A stretch of 61,569 bases of DNA, filler included, from Anaerolineae bacterium (GTDB lineage: Bacteria > Chloroflexota > Anaerolineae > Epilineales > Epilineaceae): assembly GCA_029262755.1 (NCBI GenBank). It is 8 parts of 8 records of this genome, joined end to end, with 100 filler letters (N's around TTAATTAATTAA, not from the genome) between each part and the next. Parts side by side here need not be neighbours in the genome. Positions count along the whole stretch, not along the records: positions 58,971 to 61,569 come from JAJCYU010000043.1; 7 more parts are not named here. The stretch is one strand, 5' to 3'. Below are positions 60,439 through 61,569 of this stretch, one piece after another. The translations under genes were made by a program, and so were the position numbers. Position 1 is the first letter of the stretch. Each line of letters begins with the position of its first letter. Under the pieces are notes generated by a model. The model ran no database searches. It had not been told where the DNA came from and saw only the letters and a program-made list of their open reading frames with translations.

Positions 60439-61569
60439 GTCAGTTGTTCCGTAGGGCGATCGGCGAGTTGGTGTGTTTCGGATGTGCGCTGTGCGCCATC
60501 AACGGTGTCGCGAATGAATGACGATAGCTCGCGCTCGAATCGAGCGAGCCCGAAACGCCGTGCATGTGCGCGGATCCCGGACGCATCCCACGTGCGCGCT
60601 TCCGCGCTCTCGATGGCTGTCGCCAAGGCCTTCGCATCGGGGCCGTCGAAGAACAGGCCCGTCCCTCCTTCGGCGATGGTGTCCAGCACGCCGCCGCCGC
60701 GCTGGGCGACGACGGGCCGGCCGGCGGCCATCGCCTCGACGGGCGCGAGGCCGAAGTCCTCGATTCCCGGCCACACAAGACCGCGGCATCGCCCGAGCAA
60801 TGAGACGACCTCGCTACGTGGAAGCCGACCGCGGAACGTGACCGTAGGACCGGCCATGGCTTCGAGCCGGGCGCGATCCCTCCCGTCCCCGACGACCACG
60901 AGCGTCTTGCCCATACGGCTGAAGGCCTCTACCGCGACGTCGATCCGTTTGTAGGGCACCAGGCGCGCGAGCACGAGCCAGAAGTCTTCCGGATCTCCGC
61001 CCTCCGGGATGGCGTCGACATCAACGGGCGGGTGGATCACCGTGCTCCGGCGTCCGTAGCAGTCGCGGATCCGTTCGGCGACGACGCTGGAGATCGCGAT
61101 AAAGTGATCGACGCGCTGGGCGGCCCGAAAGTCCCAGCGGCGCAGCGCAGGCAGGAGCATGCGCACGGCGGCGCGCGCCGCAGGAGGCAGCGGTTCGTGC
61201 GCGAGGTAGTCATCGAGGCGCCAGACGAAACGGGTCGGTGTGAGGCAATAGCACACGTGCACCGCGCGCCCCGTGCGTACGCCATGACAGAAGCCGCTCT
61301 TGTTGGAGAGCACCACGTCGGGGTCGCGTCCGTCGATTCGGGGCCGCGTCATCGACCATGCCCAGGGATACAGCGGCAGGTAGGGCTGGTGGTGTGCGTG
61401 GATGCCGGGCAGGCGGTCAAGCCACGAGACCCGAAGGTCCCACGATGGTTCCGCCGCCGCGGGTACGCGCTGCGGATCGAAGATCGTGGTGTAGACCGGG
61501 GCGGCCGGCATCATGGCGTGCAGCACCTCGAGCACGGCCTCGGCGCCCCCGTCTTGGTTGAGCCAGTCA
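60435..61569 (-). CDS. Glycosyltransferase family 4 (WbaZ-like; 5'-truncated at the window end)
   Basis: DWLNQDGGAE, CYCLTPTRF, VIHPPVD, RLVPYKRID, EDFGLAPVEAMAAGRP. Confidence 0.9.
   Translation of the reverse strand, partial: DWLNQDGGAEAVLEVLHAMMPAAPVYTTIFDPQRVPAAAEPSWDLRVSWLDRLPGIHAHHQPYLPLYPWAWSMTRPRIDGRDPDVVLSNKSGFCHGVRTGRAVHVCYCLTPTRFVWRLDDYLAHEPLPPAARAAVRMLLPALRRWDFRAAQRVDHFIAISSVVAERIRDCYGRRSTVIHPPVDVDAIPEGGDPEDFWLVLARLVPYKRIDVAVEAFSRMGKTLVVVGDGRDRARLEAMAGPTVTFRGRLPRSEVVSLLGRCRGLVWPGIEDFGLAPVEAMAAGRPVVAQRGGGVLDTIAEGGTGLFFDGPDAKALATAIESAEARTWDASGIRAHARRFGLARFERELSSFIRDTVDGAQRTSETHQLADRPTEQLT

Overview
High-GC bacterial DNA made of 8 short contigs joined by artificial 100-nt linkers (N44-TTAATTAATTAA-N44), so gene neighbourhoods are only meaningful within a contig. 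The gene content suggests a Chloroflexota MAG (inference only): Tad pilus genes, VWA/NHL and lamin-tail secreted proteins with a [YW]LP terminal motif, and a cyclase-STAND fusion. Most genes are ordinary: SLC13 permease, tricorn protease, MoeB, MoaD, AlkA, UDG, RecJ, PepF, rhomboid, ECF sigma, ChaN, PAS kinase and glycosyltransferases. Highlights: (1) a Pycsar-type membrane effector (PycTM/DUF5706-like) translationally coupled to a class III cyclase-STAND NTPase fusion instead of a canonical PycC, a candidate new signalling or defence system; (2) a dockerin-bearing M28 aminopeptidase followed by a stand-alone cohesin protein ending in the YLP motif, a candidate non-cellulosomal surface display system; (3) an elongated 6S-like RNA in an intergenic gap; (4) an Lcp/MpaB oxygenase coupled to a cNMP-domain/PhcB-like methyltransferase; (5) a small Cys-rich gene with no standard start codon, missed by the ORF track. 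I saw no rRNA, tRNA, CRISPR array or transposase. All family calls come from motif recognition by eye, not database searches.
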